From: Alphaproteobacteria bacterium | Lineage (GTDB): Bacteria; Pseudomonadota; Alphaproteobacteria; UBA828 | Direction: 5' to 3' | Assembly: GCA_965214705.1 (NCBI GenBank) | Contig: OZ243972.1 | Span: forward strand, 2,720,001-2,784,000 | DNA: 64,000 nt | Shown here: piece by piece, positions 44,597-55,088 of the stretch | Position numbering within the stretch: the stretch's first letter is position 1 | Layout of the letters: each line of letters opens with the position of its first letter | The notes under the pieces: generated by a model | The model's input: only the letters and a program-made list of their open reading frames with translations | Databases searched by the model: none | What the model was told of the DNA's origin: nothing | Program-made: the position numbers and the translations under genes

Positions 44597-45478
44597 TCAC
44601 CCTCCCGTCGCGCGGGCGTGGGCCTCGGCCAATACATCGCGGCCCAGCGTGCGGATCAGCACTTGGCGATAGTGGGCGCTGGCGAGGTGGTCCGTTTGCG
44701 TCTCGATTGCGTTGGCTGCCGCGCTTGCGGCCTCGGCAAACGCCTCGGGCGTTGCCGGCCGGCCGCACAGAACGTCGCCAACGCCGTCGAATCGCTGGGC
44801 GGTCGGCAGAGTGCCGCCGACGCTGAAGCGGGCATCCGAGCAGATCCCTGCCTCGTCAACCTCGATCAGTGCAGCGATGCCGACGATCGGCAAGCCGTCA
44901 ACGGTCCCGCCGTACTTCTTGTAAGCACTGCCGACGCCGTGAACCTTGGAGGCGGGAAAGTTGATCTCGACCAAAAGCTCGTCGTCGCGAAGTGCGGTCT
45001 CGAGCGGCCCGATCAGAAACTCGTCAATCGGCACGGCTCGTTCGCCGTCGTCCAGCGAGGCAAGAACAAGCGTCGCATCGAGGCAGAGGCAGACGTTCGG
45101 CATGCATGAGGCGACGTAGTTCCAGCACAGGCTGCCGCCAATGGTGCCGGCATTGCGCACCTGGCGGTCTCCCACTGTCGAGGCTGCGTCCCCGATCGCC
45201 TGCAAGGCGCCGTGCAGAGCCGTGGTTACTGCCAGCTCACGGTAGCGGGTGAGGGGGCGCACGGTGACGCCGCGCGGCCCTTTGGCGAGACCGCTGAGCT
45301 CCTCCACTTCGTTCAGGTCGATGAGCGCACGAGGCGTTGCCAGCCGCGCCTTCATCGCCTGCATCAGGCTCATGCCGCCGGCGATGAACATGGCGTCATC
45401 CCCGGCTTCGGCACGGCACTGGAGCGCCCCATCGATGGTTCGCGGCGCGAAATAGGCCTCAATCGGCGCTGGATACAT
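44597..45478 (-). CDS. FAD-binding medium subunit (enzyme 2)
   Basis: MYPAP start; AGGMSL, QVRNAGTIGGS. Confidence 0.9.
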   Translation of the reverse strand: MYPAPIEAYFAPRTIDGALQCRAEAGDDAMFIAGGMSLMQAMKARLATPRALIDLNEVEELSGLAKGPRGVTVRPLTRYRELAVTTALHGALQAIGDAASTVGDRQVRNAGTIGGSLCWNYVASCMPNVCLCLDATLVLASLDDGERAVPIDEFLIGPLETALRDDELLVEINFPASKVHGVGSAYKKYGGTVDGLPIVGIAALIEVDEAGICSDARFSVGGTLPTAQRFDGVGDVLCGRPATPEAFAEAASAAANAIETQTDHLASAHYRQVLIRTLGRDVLAEAHARATGG

Positions 45479-45596
45479 GATAGCTCCGACACTATGCTGA
45501 ATCCTCGACATATGAAACAGCAAGTACCGCAACCTACTGGACTGGCTATGTAGCCTCCGCGTCAAATGGCAAGAACGTGAGAAAGGGAGTGTATCA

Positions 45597-46685
45597 ATGA
45601 AAATCAAAGCCATCGGAGCCGCCTTCGTTGCTGCGGCTCTTCTCGTGATAACGCATGGCGCTGCCGAAGCGCAGGTAAACATCGAAGGAGAACCGAAAGT
45701 CGCCTTCATTTACTTTAACGTGAAGGACGATGGCGGCTGGGTACAGGCGCAAGAAGAGGCCCGCGTCAGCCTTGAAGCCGATACCGGAATCCATACTGCT
45801 TATACCGAAGGCGTTGAAGAAGTCGCGTCAAAACTCCGCGCCGTTGTCGAGCGCTATATCAGGCGGGATTACAACATCATTGCGGCCTCTGCGTTCGGCT
45901 ATAACGATGCCTTGCTTGAGATCGCGAAGGAAAATCCCAACGTCGCGTTCTTCAATACGCCAGGCACGGTCAGCGCGGATAACCTCGAAGGCTATTACGC
46001 GCGCACGTACGAGAGTCAGTTCCTCTGCGGCATGGTGGCCGGCGCCTTGACCAAGACCAACAAGATCGGCTTCGTCGCTGCCGTCCCGATCTCCGTCACG
46101 ACCTGGAACGTCAACGCCTACGCGCTCGGCGCCCAGCTCATGAACCCCGACGCCGTCGTCAACGTCATCTACACCAATGCCTGGTACGACCCGGTCAAGG
46201 AACGGGCGACCGCGCAGGCGTTGCTGGAGCAGGGAGCCGACTTCCTGGGCCAGCACCAGGATACGCCATCGACGCAGATCGTGGCGCAGGAAGCCGGTGT
46301 CTTGTCCACCGGCTATCACCGGGACATGAGCGAGTATTCGACCGCCACGCAGTGCTCCTCGGTCTGGGTCTGGGCGCGCTACATCACGCCGACCGTCCAG
46401 GCGATCGTCGCCGGCGACTGGAAGAGCAGCGGAATCCGCTTCCTGGGCATCAAGGACGGCGGCACCGATGCCGTCTGCTGCGGTCCCGAAGTGCCGGACG
46501 ATGTCGCGGCCAAGGTGATGGCGACGCGCGACGAAATCGTTAGCGGCGCGCGCCATGTGTTCCAGGGTCCGATCTACGACCAGGACGGCAATCTGGTGGT
46601 CGCGGAAGGTGAGCAACTCGATGACGGCCAGATTTGGGGCATGAACTATCTGGTGCAGGGTGTCGTCGGCGAGCTGCCTCAGTAA
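45597..46685 (+). CDS. BMP-family ABC substrate-binding protein (nucleoside/purine-type)
   Basis: Signal peptide; DGGW, KIGFVAA, WYDP, MNYLVQGVVG. Confidence 0.88.
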   Translation: MKIKAIGAAFVAAALLVITHGAAEAQVNIEGEPKVAFIYFNVKDDGGWVQAQEEARVSLEADTGIHTAYTEGVEEVASKLRAVVERYIRRDYNIIAASAFGYNDALLEIAKENPNVAFFNTPGTVSADNLEGYYARTYESQFLCGMVAGALTKTNKIGFVAAVPISVTTWNVNAYALGAQLMNPDAVVNVIYTNAWYDPVKERATAQALLEQGADFLGQHQDTPSTQIVAQEAGVLSTGYHRDMSEYSTATQCSSVWVWARYITPTVQAIVAGDWKSSGIRFLGIKDGGTDAVCCGPEVPDDVAAKVMATRDEIVSGARHVFQGPIYDQDGNLVVAEGEQLDDGQIWGMNYLVQGVVGELPQ

Positions 46686-46789
46686 GCGACCGCGGTAACA
46701 GGAGCGCTCCCTCCGGGCGGAGGCCTCCCGCGCAGTGTCAGCACTGCCGGGAGGCTGTTCCGGCGCGATGGTGTCGACAGGGGCACGGG

Positions 46790-48283
46790 ATGGCTCATGC
46801 CCTGCAGATGACGGACATCGTCAAGTCCTTCGACGGCCGCATGGCGCTCGATCGCGCGGCGTTCTCTGCCGAGTGGGGCGAGGTCCACGGTCTCCTCGGC
46901 GAGAACGGCGCCGGCAAGACCTCGCTGATGAACGTGCTGTGCGGGCTCTACCGGCCCGACGCCGGCCGCATGAGCATCGATGGCGTCGAGCACCGCATCG
47001 AGGGGCCGTCCCATGCGCGCGCGCTCGGCATCGGCATGGTCCACCAGCACTTCAAGCTGGTGCAGCCGTTCACCATCGCCGAGAACGTCATGCTGGCGAA
47101 CAGGCAGACATCGTGGCGAAAGGGTATTGCCGCAGTGTCGGAGGGCATCGCGCGCCTTTCCGATGAGCTTGGCTTCGAGATCGATCCCTCGGCCCGGATT
47201 GATCGCATATCCGTCGCCGAGCAACAGCGGGTCGAGATCATCAAGGTGCTCATGGGAGGGGCGCGCCTTCTGATTCTCGACGAGCCGACCTCGGTATTGA
47301 CCGACGAGGAAGCGGCGCGGCTGCTGCGCACGATCCGGGCGCTCGCCCGCCGCGGCGCCTGCGTCATCCTGATTACGCACAAGCTGCGCGAGGTGTTGGC
47401 CCACGCGGATCGGGTCACGGTCATGCGCAGCGGGCGGACCGTCGCGACGGTCGATGCGAGCTCTACGAGTGCTCCAGACCTCGCCCGCATGATGGTCGGC
47501 GACGCCCCGGTCGACGACACCGAGCCCGGGCAAAGCGGCCCTGTTCGCCTTGAAATCTCCGACCTCACGGCGCGCCGGGACGATGGCGTGAATACCGTTC
47601 GCGGCTTATCGCTGACCGTTCGGAGCGGCCAAATCTACGGCCTCGCGGGTGTCGGCGGTAACGGCCAGACGGAGCTGGCGGAGGTGTTGATGGGCGTTCG
47701 CGCGCCGGAGACGGGGCGTATCGGGCTCGACGGTTCCGACATCACGGCGCACCACCCAAAGCGCCGCCGCGCGCTTGGCATTCGCAACGTGCCGGCGGAC
47801 CGCTCCGCCTACGGTCTCGCCCCAGAGCTTTCGGTCGGCGACAACTATGCGTCGACCCGGCTCGGAAGCGGTGCGTTCGGGACGATGGCCTGGGTCTCTC
47901 GGCGCACGATCGGGGCGCGGGCGAGCGCTGCGCTGGAGGACTTCGAGATTCAGGGCGCGACCGTCGATACCAGCGTGCGCCTGCTCTCCGGTGGCAACGC
48001 GCAAAAGCTCGTGCTCGCGCGGGAACTCCACGGAGAGCCCGCCGTGATTGTGGCCCATTCGCCGACCCATGGCCTCGACGTGCGTGCCTGCGCGGCGGTT
48101 CACGATCATCTGCGCGCGGCGCGCGGTGCCGGTGCCGCCGTGCTCTTGATCAGCGAAGATCTCGACGAGGTTCTCAATCTCTCGGATATCGTCGGCGTCA
48201 TCAACCGCGGCGCCATCGTCGGCGAGCTGGCGCGACCGGCGGACCGCCATCGGGTCGGCGAGTTGATGCTCGGACATGCCTAG
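46790..48283 (+). CDS. ABC transporter ATP-binding protein (CUT2-type, two domains)
   Basis: GENGAGKT, ILDEPT, LSGGNAQK, ISEDLDE. Confidence 0.93.
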   Translation: MAHALQMTDIVKSFDGRMALDRAAFSAEWGEVHGLLGENGAGKTSLMNVLCGLYRPDAGRMSIDGVEHRIEGPSHARALGIGMVHQHFKLVQPFTIAENVMLANRQTSWRKGIAAVSEGIARLSDELGFEIDPSARIDRISVAEQQRVEIIKVLMGGARLLILDEPTSVLTDEEAARLLRTIRALARRGACVILITHKLREVLAHADRVTVMRSGRTVATVDASSTSAPDLARMMVGDAPVDDTEPGQSGPVRLEISDLTARRDDGVNTVRGLSLTVRSGQIYGLAGVGGNGQTELAEVLMGVRAPETGRIGLDGSDITAHHPKRRRALGIRNVPADRSAYGLAPELSVGDNYASTRLGSGAFGTMAWVSRRTIGARASAALEDFEIQGATVDTSVRLLSGGNAQKLVLARELHGEPAVIVAHSPTHGLDVRACAAVHDHLRAARGAGAAVLLISEDLDEVLNLSDIVGVINRGAIVGELARPADRHRVGELMLGHA

Positions 48284-49349
48284 TCGAACACTCGCGATTG
48301 GCCGCATCAGTCTGGAGGTACGTCAGGGCATCGAGTTCTGGCTGCACGGGCTGATCGTGCTGGCATCGATTGCGGTCGGGCTCGGGATTTCCGTTCTCTT
48401 GCTCGTCGTCTCCGGCATCGACGTCTCGAACATTATCGAGGAATTCATCGTCTTCACGTTCTTCGATAGCGCGGGCCTCGCCGACGTATTGCTCGAGTGG
48501 GCGCCGCTAATTCTCGTCGGATTGTCGGCCGCAGTCGCCTTTCGCGTTCAGTTCTGGAATATCGGTATCGAGGGACAATTCGTGTGGGGTGCCATCGGCG
48601 CAACCGTGGTGATGATCTACGACATTGGTCCCAGTTGGATCCAGATCTATCTGATGTTCTTGGGCGGCATTATCGGGGGCATGGCATGGATCGCCGCACC
48701 TGCATTTCTCCGATTGCGCCTGCAAGTCAACGAAATTATCTCGACGTTGCTGCTCAACTACGTTGCCGCCTTATTCGTCCTGAATCAGTTGTTCGGCGCG
48801 TGGCAGGACCCGGCGGCGGTCTATTACAAGACAGCGCAATTTGCTGCTTACCAGCGCTTGCCGCTCATCGGTTGGGGGCAGATTCACGTCGGCCTGTTCA
48901 TCGCCCTGGCCGCGGCTCTCATCGTCTGGCTGATCACCGAGAGGAGCCGTTTCGGCGCCTACATGAAGTTCGTCGGCAGCAATCCCGGCATGGCGTTGGC
49001 GTCCGGGATTCCGGTGACGCTCACCATACTCGCCGCCGTGATGCTCTCGGGCTCGCTGTCGGGTCTTGGAGGGTATCTGGTCGCGTCGGGCCAGGAGTAC
49101 GCGCTGACAATCTACGTCGCCATCGGTTACGGCTTCTCCGGCATCGTCATCGCGTTTCTCTCGCGCAACAACCCGGCGGCGGTCGTCGTCGTGTCGTTCC
49201 TGATGGCCGGACTCTACGTCGGCGGCGAGAGCATCCAGGTCTTCTACGGCTTGCCCGAGGCCCTGATCGGGCTCATCCAGTCGATCATCGTGATCTGCGT
49301 GGTGGGCTCGGAGTTTTTCGTTCGCTACCGCGTACGCTGGATGCGCTAG
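48276..49349 (+). CDS. ABC transporter permease
   Basis: WNIGIEGQ, NEIISTLLLNY, GYGFSGI. Confidence 0.9.
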   Translation: MPSRTLAIGRISLEVRQGIEFWLHGLIVLASIAVGLGISVLLLVVSGIDVSNIIEEFIVFTFFDSAGLADVLLEWAPLILVGLSAAVAFRVQFWNIGIEGQFVWGAIGATVVMIYDIGPSWIQIYLMFLGGIIGGMAWIAAPAFLRLRLQVNEIISTLLLNYVAALFVLNQLFGAWQDPAAVYYKTAQFAAYQRLPLIGWGQIHVGLFIALAAALIVWLITERSRFGAYMKFVGSNPGMALASGIPVTLTILAAVMLSGSLSGLGGYLVASGQEYALTIYVAIGYGFSGIVIAFLSRNNPAAVVVVSFLMAGLYVGGESIQVFYGLPEALIGLIQSIIVICVVGSEFFVRYRVRWMR

Positions 49350-49351
49350 GC

Positions 49352-50281
49352 ATGGTCGAGTTCATCGTCAACTGGGTCGCGTTCACGCCGGTCTTCGCCG
49401 TGCCGCTGATGCTGGCGTCCATCGGGCTCATCATCAACGAGCGCGCGGGCGTGATGAATCTCGGTGCCGAGGGGATCATGCTCGTCGGCGCCTTTGCGGG
49501 CGTGGTCGTCTACATCGAGAGCGGCAACATCCTCGCGCTCGGAACCCTCGGGGCCATCGCCGCGGGCCTCGTAGTCTCGGCCCTTTTCGCCTTCATGGTC
49601 GTGACGATGCGCCTGAACCAGGTCGTGGCGGGCATCGCCATCGTCTTCTTCGCCTCCGGTCTCACCGGCCTCATCGGCAATCCCTGGACGGAGCGGGCGG
49701 TCGAAGGCTTCACCAAGGTGGACATGGGGGTCCTCTCGACCATCCCCGTTCTCGGCAAGATCGTGTTCAGTCAGGACCTGATGGTCTATGCGAGCATTCC
49801 CATCGTCTTTTTCGTCTGGCGCTTCCTCCACCGCAGCATTCCCGGAATGAAGCTCCGTGCCGTCGGCGAGAACCCGCAGGCGGCGGATGCTGCCGGCGTC
49901 AGCATCGACCTCATGCGCTTCGGTGCCGTGGTGACGGGAGGCGCGCTGGTCGGGCTCGCGGGCGGTTATCTGGCGCTCGCGGCGTCGAAAATCTGGGTCG
50001 AGGATATGACCCACGGGCGCGGCTGGATCGCCGTCGCTCTGGTCATCTTTGCGCGCTGGCGGCCGGGACGCGCCGTGCTGGGCGCGCTGCTGTTCGGCGG
50101 AATCGAGGCGCTGATCCCGCGCATTCAGGCAGTGGGATTGGCGGTGCCGCAGTACCTGTTGTTGATGATGCCCTATCTGGTGACGCTCGCCGTCCTCACT
50201 TACGTCGGCCTTGTTTCGCGTACCGGCTCGGGCGCGCCGGGCGCGCTCGGCCTGCCTTACGTGCGCGAGGATCGGCGATAA
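49352..50281 (+). CDS. ABC transporter permease
   Basis: ERAGVMNLGAEG, LRAVGENP, GRGWIAVALV, PGALGLPY. Confidence 0.92.
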   Translation: MVEFIVNWVAFTPVFAVPLMLASIGLIINERAGVMNLGAEGIMLVGAFAGVVVYIESGNILALGTLGAIAAGLVVSALFAFMVVTMRLNQVVAGIAIVFFASGLTGLIGNPWTERAVEGFTKVDMGVLSTIPVLGKIVFSQDLMVYASIPIVFFVWRFLHRSIPGMKLRAVGENPQAADAAGVSIDLMRFGAVVTGGALVGLAGGYLALAASKIWVEDMTHGRGWIAVALVIFARWRPGRAVLGALLFGGIEALIPRIQAVGLAVPQYLLLMMPYLVTLAVLTYVGLVSRTGSGAPGALGLPYVREDRR

Positions 50282-50404
50282 GGAGCCGGCAGCCGCGCGG
50301 TCGTCCCCGCGCTCAGCTGAACTGCCTATCCAAACTGGTCTTGCAACTGAGTGCCGCCCCGCCGGCACGATGTTTAGTGCCGACGGGGCTGGGAGAGCTG
50401 CTCC

Positions 50405-51709
50405 TCAAGCGGCGAGGAAGCGGTTCCACTCCTTGATGAAGAGGGTGATGTGGCGCGGCCAGATCATCCAGTAGGCGATGTTGGACTGGCGCCGGAGCTT
50501 GGGCCCGGTGTCGCGCCCGCGGCCCTCGTACCACTTGAGCCACGCGTCCTCGGTCATGTAGTTCCGCGCGGTGTCCGGAGTGGGCGAATAGTAGCCCTGC
50601 TCGGCGTCTGCCGCGCCGCGCCAGCCTTCGAGGCACCAGTCCATGTAGGCCATGGCCACTTCGGGCTGCGGCGCCTCGCTGGAAAGGCACATGCCGTAAT
50701 ACCAGGCGCCGGTGCCCTCCCAGACGTCGACATAATGACAGGGGATGCCGCGCTTCTTCACATCCTCGATCACCGGGTTCCAGCAATCGATGCCCCAGAC
50801 CTCCTCGGAGGCGAGCAGGTTCACCGCCTCGCCGTAGTTGGTCCAGAGCGCGCGGAAGACGCCGTCCTGCTTGGCGCCAATCAGGAAGTCGATGACGTTC
50901 TTGAGCTCGTCCGGCTCGAGATCGCCATAGCCCACCGTGACCGGGTCCATCTTACGGTTCTTCACGAGGTAGCTCGCGCAGCGCGGCGGGCCGATCAGGT
51001 CCTCGTTCTGGATCGAGACCTTGCCCCGCACGTCCACGTCGCGCCACTGGCCCTCGTAGAGTACGCCCAACGTGTCCGGTATGAGCCGGTCCGCCTGGGA
51101 CTCGGCGAACTTGTGCGGGAGGATGCCGAGCGCATCCATGTTGTAGATCTGCGGCAGCATCCCGAACGAAGTGCGGCTGTCGTCCCAATAGACCATCGCG
51201 ACCGGCCAGCCGCTGGTATGGTCGGCGCCGACGTGGGCGGGGTCGGTAAAGAGCGTATCCGCGAACTCCCAGTTGGTGATCTTCTCCGCCGGGATCGGCG
51301 CGATCGTCTCAGCCTCCCGGAGCGCCGGCACACGGAAAGCGTTGGTCTCGATCATCGAGAAGGTCTCGTAGCCGCCGGTGATCCACTTCTGGACCGAATC
51401 CGCGAGGCTCGCGACCTGGCCGGTGACCTGGAGCCCGCCGCTCATCTCCTCGAACTGCTTGAAGAAGCGCTCCTGCGCCGAGACCCCGGTGCCGATGAGC
51501 TGCATCGGCTCGTCCTGGGTGATGCCGGCGACCCGGTCCGAGAAAGCGGCCTCGGCCTCGCCTGCGGCGAGGCCCGCAGCCGCAACCACGGCGGTCGCAC
51601 CCGCCGCCGCCATGAACTCGCGCCGATCCAGCCCGGCCGCTGTTCGCGAGCGTGTCTCGGCGTCGTCGCAGAACTTCTCGTGTCTCTTGTCAAGGTGTCC
51701 GCTGTCCAT
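50405..51709 (-). CDS. Tat-exported solute-binding protein (PotD/PotF-like), no cognate transporter adjacent
   Basis: DRREFM twin-arginine signal, AEA cleavage site; binding-protein character. Confidence 0.7.
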   Translation of the reverse strand: MDSGHLDKRHEKFCDDAETRSRTAAGLDRREFMAAAGATAVVAAAGLAAGEAEAAFSDRVAGITQDEPMQLIGTGVSAQERFFKQFEEMSGGLQVTGQVASLADSVQKWITGGYETFSMIETNAFRVPALREAETIAPIPAEKITNWEFADTLFTDPAHVGADHTSGWPVAMVYWDDSRTSFGMLPQIYNMDALGILPHKFAESQADRLIPDTLGVLYEGQWRDVDVRGKVSIQNEDLIGPPRCASYLVKNRKMDPVTVGYGDLEPDELKNVIDFLIGAKQDGVFRALWTNYGEAVNLLASEEVWGIDCWNPVIEDVKKRGIPCHYVDVWEGTGAWYYGMCLSSEAPQPEVAMAYMDWCLEGWRGAADAEQGYYSPTPDTARNYMTEDAWLKWYEGRGRDTGPKLRRQSNIAYWMIWPRHITLFIKEWNRFLAA

Positions 51710-51772
51710 CTCTGCCTCCCTTTGCCTCCCTGGTGCGGTGGCGCCGCCCGGCCAGTGCCAGGCAGCCGGTGG

Positions 51773-52531
51773 TTACTCGGCTGCGGCCCTTCCGGCCGGA
51801 GCCTCGGTGCTGAATGGATGCAGCATCCCGGTGAAGGATTTCTGCTCCGGGAACCTGTAGGTCTTGTACTTGCTGGTCTTGCGCCCGATCTCGACGATGC
51901 TCTCGGCCATCTTGGTGGCGCACACCACGCCGTCGAGCACCGGAATGCCGAGCTCGGCTTCCAGCCCGTCGGCGAACTCCGCGAAGCCAGCGCAGCCCAG
52001 ACAAATCGCCTCGGCGTCGTCCTCGTCGCGGGCGCGGTAGCATTCCTGCCGCAGCTTCTCGAGCGAGCCCTCGTAGTCCCGTTCCACGTCGAGCACGTAG
52101 ACCGGCGAGGTGCGTACGCTCACCCTGTGGCTCAAACCGTAGCCCGCCACCATGTCCTCAACCGGCACCCGGAAGCGCGGGATGATGGTGACGATCGCCA
52201 CGCGCGCCGCGAGCTGGCACGCCAGGTAGAGCGAGGCTTCGGCGATCCCGATCACCGGCTTGTCGGTCATCTCGCGCGCGGCGTGCAGGCCGGGGTCGCC
52301 GTAGCAGGCGATGATGTAGGCATCGAAGCCCTGCTGGTCGCCCTTGCGGATCTCGTTGAGGATGCCCGGCACGCACAGGTATTCGTCGTAGAAGGATTCG
52401 ATCGAGGCCGGCGCGTAGTCTGGCGTCACTGCCACGACCTCGGTGCCCTCCCGCGCGACCGAGCGGCCGGCCACGGCATCGGCGTCGGTCATGTCCTGCG
52501 ACGAGTTGGGGTTGATGATCATGATCTTCAT
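51773..52531 (-). CDS. Hydantoin/allantoin racemase family protein
   Basis: IINPNSS, IACYGDPG, ICLGCAG (two catalytic Cys). Confidence 0.92.
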   Translation of the reverse strand: MKIMIINPNSSQDMTDADAVAGRSVAREGTEVVAVTPDYAPASIESFYDEYLCVPGILNEIRKGDQQGFDAYIIACYGDPGLHAAREMTDKPVIGIAEASLYLACQLAARVAIVTIIPRFRVPVEDMVAGYGLSHRVSVRTSPVYVLDVERDYEGSLEKLRQECYRARDEDDAEAICLGCAGFAEFADGLEAELGIPVLDGVVCATKMAESIVEIGRKTSKYKTYRFPEQKSFTGMLHPFSTEAPAGRAAAE

Positions 52532-52656
52532 GAAGGGTGCCTCCCCATCGAAGCCGGGGCCCTCAGCGGCCCACGCGGCCTAATCCTTGCCGGAAGCGTA
52601 CATCCGCGCCCGCGCCCGAGTCCACAATTGGTCCAACCTCGCCTCCCGGCTCTCGC

Positions 52657-53793
52657 TCAGTAGCCGCACCAGCTACGGGCGAGGATCTCGTAGACCTCCG
52701 CCGCCTGCTCGACATGCGCCACGGGGCAGTACTCGTCGGTCTGGTGCGCCATGTGCATCTCGCCCGGCCCCAGGATCACGGTCGGCGGGCGGCCGTAGGC
52801 CGGCGTCAGCGCCGAGGCGTCGGTGAAGTAGGGCGCGCCGCGCGGCTCGATCGGCTCGCCGAGGACCCGCTCCATCACCGCGTAGATTTCCTGCATCCAC
52901 GGATGGGTGTGCGGAGTATGCACGCCACCGCAGTCGACGACGCGGGCGATCTTGTTCTCGTCGCCCAGATACCCCTCCAGGCCCGAGAAAATCTCCGCGT
53001 GGTTCTGGTCGGGCAGCGTCCTGATATCGATTGTGAACTCGGCGTGGTCCGGCACCGAGTTGAGGTTGAGCCCGCCCTGCATGGTGCCGACATTGAGGGT
53101 CGACCGGCCCAGCAGCTCGTGGGGCATCACGTTGAAATCGAACTCCTCGAGCTTGGTCACCGAGCGCGCCGCCTTGTAGATCGCGTTGTCGCCGTGCTCC
53201 GGCATCGAGCCGTGGGAGGTGATGCCTTCGGTCTCCACCTTGAGCCAGAGCGCCCCCTTGTGGCCGAGGATCGGATAGTTCGAGGTCGGCTCGGCGATGA
53301 CGATGGCGCCGGCCTCGCCCAGCGCGCCGATCTCCGCCAGGTGGTAGGAGCCTTCGCAGCCGGTTTCCTCGCCGGCGCAGATCGCCATCACCATGTCTGC
53401 CGAGCCGCGCTTCGCCTCGGCCGCGAGCTTCAGCGCGACGTGGACAAAAGACGAGATTCCGGCCTTCATGTCCGTGGTGCCGCGGCCAAAGAGCTTGCCG
53501 TCCACGATGTCGGCACCGAAGGGGTCCACCGACCATTCCTTGGCGCCCAGTGGCACCACGTCGATATGCCCACCGAAGCAGAGCGGCTTCTTGTCGTTGC
53601 CGCCTTCGCCCCGCAGCACCGCGACCAGGCTCGTCCGCTCCGGCGCGAACTCGTGGTAGGAGACCTCGATCCCCGCCGCGCTCAGCAGGTCGCCCAGGTA
53701 GTGCGCGCACTCCACCTCGCGACCCGGCGGGTTGCGGGTATCCATGCGGACGATGTCCCTGGTGATCTCCAGGGCGGACGGAATGGACGACAT
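52657..53793 (-). CDS. M20 family metallo-amidohydrolase (ArgE/DapE-like)
   Basis: GHIDVVP, GRGTTDMK, GEE, AEPT, AHQTDE. Confidence 0.9.
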   Translation of the reverse strand: MSSIPSALEITRDIVRMDTRNPPGREVECAHYLGDLLSAAGIEVSYHEFAPERTSLVAVLRGEGGNDKKPLCFGGHIDVVPLGAKEWSVDPFGADIVDGKLFGRGTTDMKAGISSFVHVALKLAAEAKRGSADMVMAICAGEETGCEGSYHLAEIGALGEAGAIVIAEPTSNYPILGHKGALWLKVETEGITSHGSMPEHGDNAIYKAARSVTKLEEFDFNVMPHELLGRSTLNVGTMQGGLNLNSVPDHAEFTIDIRTLPDQNHAEIFSGLEGYLGDENKIARVVDCGGVHTPHTHPWMQEIYAVMERVLGEPIEPRGAPYFTDASALTPAYGRPPTVILGPGEMHMAHQTDEYCPVAHVEQAAEVYEILARSWCGY

Positions 53794-53999
53794 GGACTGG
53801 GCTCCTTCTCCCCGGCGGCGGCGGTATGTCGCCAGTATGGCCACGTGGAAGCAGGGGGTCCAGATCGGCCGGGGCGCTAAAGGCGGTGCCTAAGCCGACT
53901 GCCTGGCGCCCATGAACTGACAGGGCCTGTTTGTGCTAGTTTCCGTGCGTTTCGATGAAAGCCCACACGAACGCGGGCCGAGCAAGCGGGAAGCGGACC

Positions 54000-54995
54000 A
54001 TGGCGCGAATCGTACGATTCCACGAGACCGGCGGGCCCGACGTGCTGCGCCTCGACGAGGTGCCGGAGGTCGATCCCGGCCACGGCGAGGTCCGCATCAG
54101 GGTCGAGGCGATCGGCCTCAACCGGGCGGAAGTCATGCTACGCGAGGGCATTTACCATGAGCAGCCCGTCTTCCCCTCCCGCATCGGCTACGAGGCCGCT
54201 GGCGTGGTCGAGGCCGTGGGTGAGGGGGTGACGAGCGTCAAGGAGGGCGACCGTATCGCCACGGTTCCCTCCTTTGCGCTCTCCCAGACCCGGCAGGGCG
54301 TCTATGGCGAGAGCGCCACCGTGCCGGCGGAGATCGCCGAGCCTTACCCCGCAGCGCTTACGCCGGCCCAGGGCGCGTCTCTTTGGATGGCCTACCTCAC
54401 GGCTTACGGCGCGCTGATCCACTACGGCAATCTCGGCCCAGGCGACGCCGCGATCATTACCGCGGCGAGCAGCAGCGTCGGCCTCGCCGCGATCCAGATC
54501 GCCAGGGAACGCGGCGCCACCGTGATCGCGACCACTCGGACCTCCGCCAAGAAGGATGCGCTCCTCGGCCTCGGCGCCGATCACGTCGTGGCGACCGAGG
54601 AGGAGGACCTGCCGGCGCGGACCATGGAGATTACCGGCGATGCCGGTGCCCGCGTGATCTTCGATCCGATTGCTGGGCCACTACTGACCACGCTCTGTGG
54701 TGCCTGCGCACCCTACGGCACGATCTACGAATACGGCGCGCTCTATCCCGGCGAGACCGTCTATCCGCTCATGCCGATGCTGGCGAAGTCGCTCACCATC
54801 ACGGGCTACCAGGTGCTCGACTTCGTGCGCGACGAGGCGCGCTTCGCGGCGGGGCGGGACTACCTCTTCGCCGGCCTCGAAAGCGGCGCGCTGACACCCG
54901 TGATCGACCGCGAATTCCCGCTGGAGCAGATCGCGGACGCGCATCGCTACATGGAATCCAACGCCCAGTGCGGCAAGATCGTCGTCACGGTGTGA
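54000..54995 (+). CDS. MDR family NADPH:quinone oxidoreductase-like protein
   Basis: AIGLNRAE, GYEAAG, AASSSVG, AHRYMESN. Confidence 0.9.
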   Translation: MARIVRFHETGGPDVLRLDEVPEVDPGHGEVRIRVEAIGLNRAEVMLREGIYHEQPVFPSRIGYEAAGVVEAVGEGVTSVKEGDRIATVPSFALSQTRQGVYGESATVPAEIAEPYPAALTPAQGASLWMAYLTAYGALIHYGNLGPGDAAIITAASSSVGLAAIQIARERGATVIATTRTSAKKDALLGLGADHVVATEEEDLPARTMEITGDAGARVIFDPIAGPLLTTLCGACAPYGTIYEYGALYPGETVYPLMPMLAKSLTITGYQVLDFVRDEARFAAGRDYLFAGLESGALTPVIDREFPLEQIADAHRYMESNAQCGKIVVTV

Positions 54996-55088
54996 CCGCA
55001 AGCGCATCCCGCGTTGACCGCGCTTCCGTGGCGGTGAGAGACTGTGCGCGCCTGGGGGCGGCGCGAAGCCCCCGCGGAGGACAAGACG

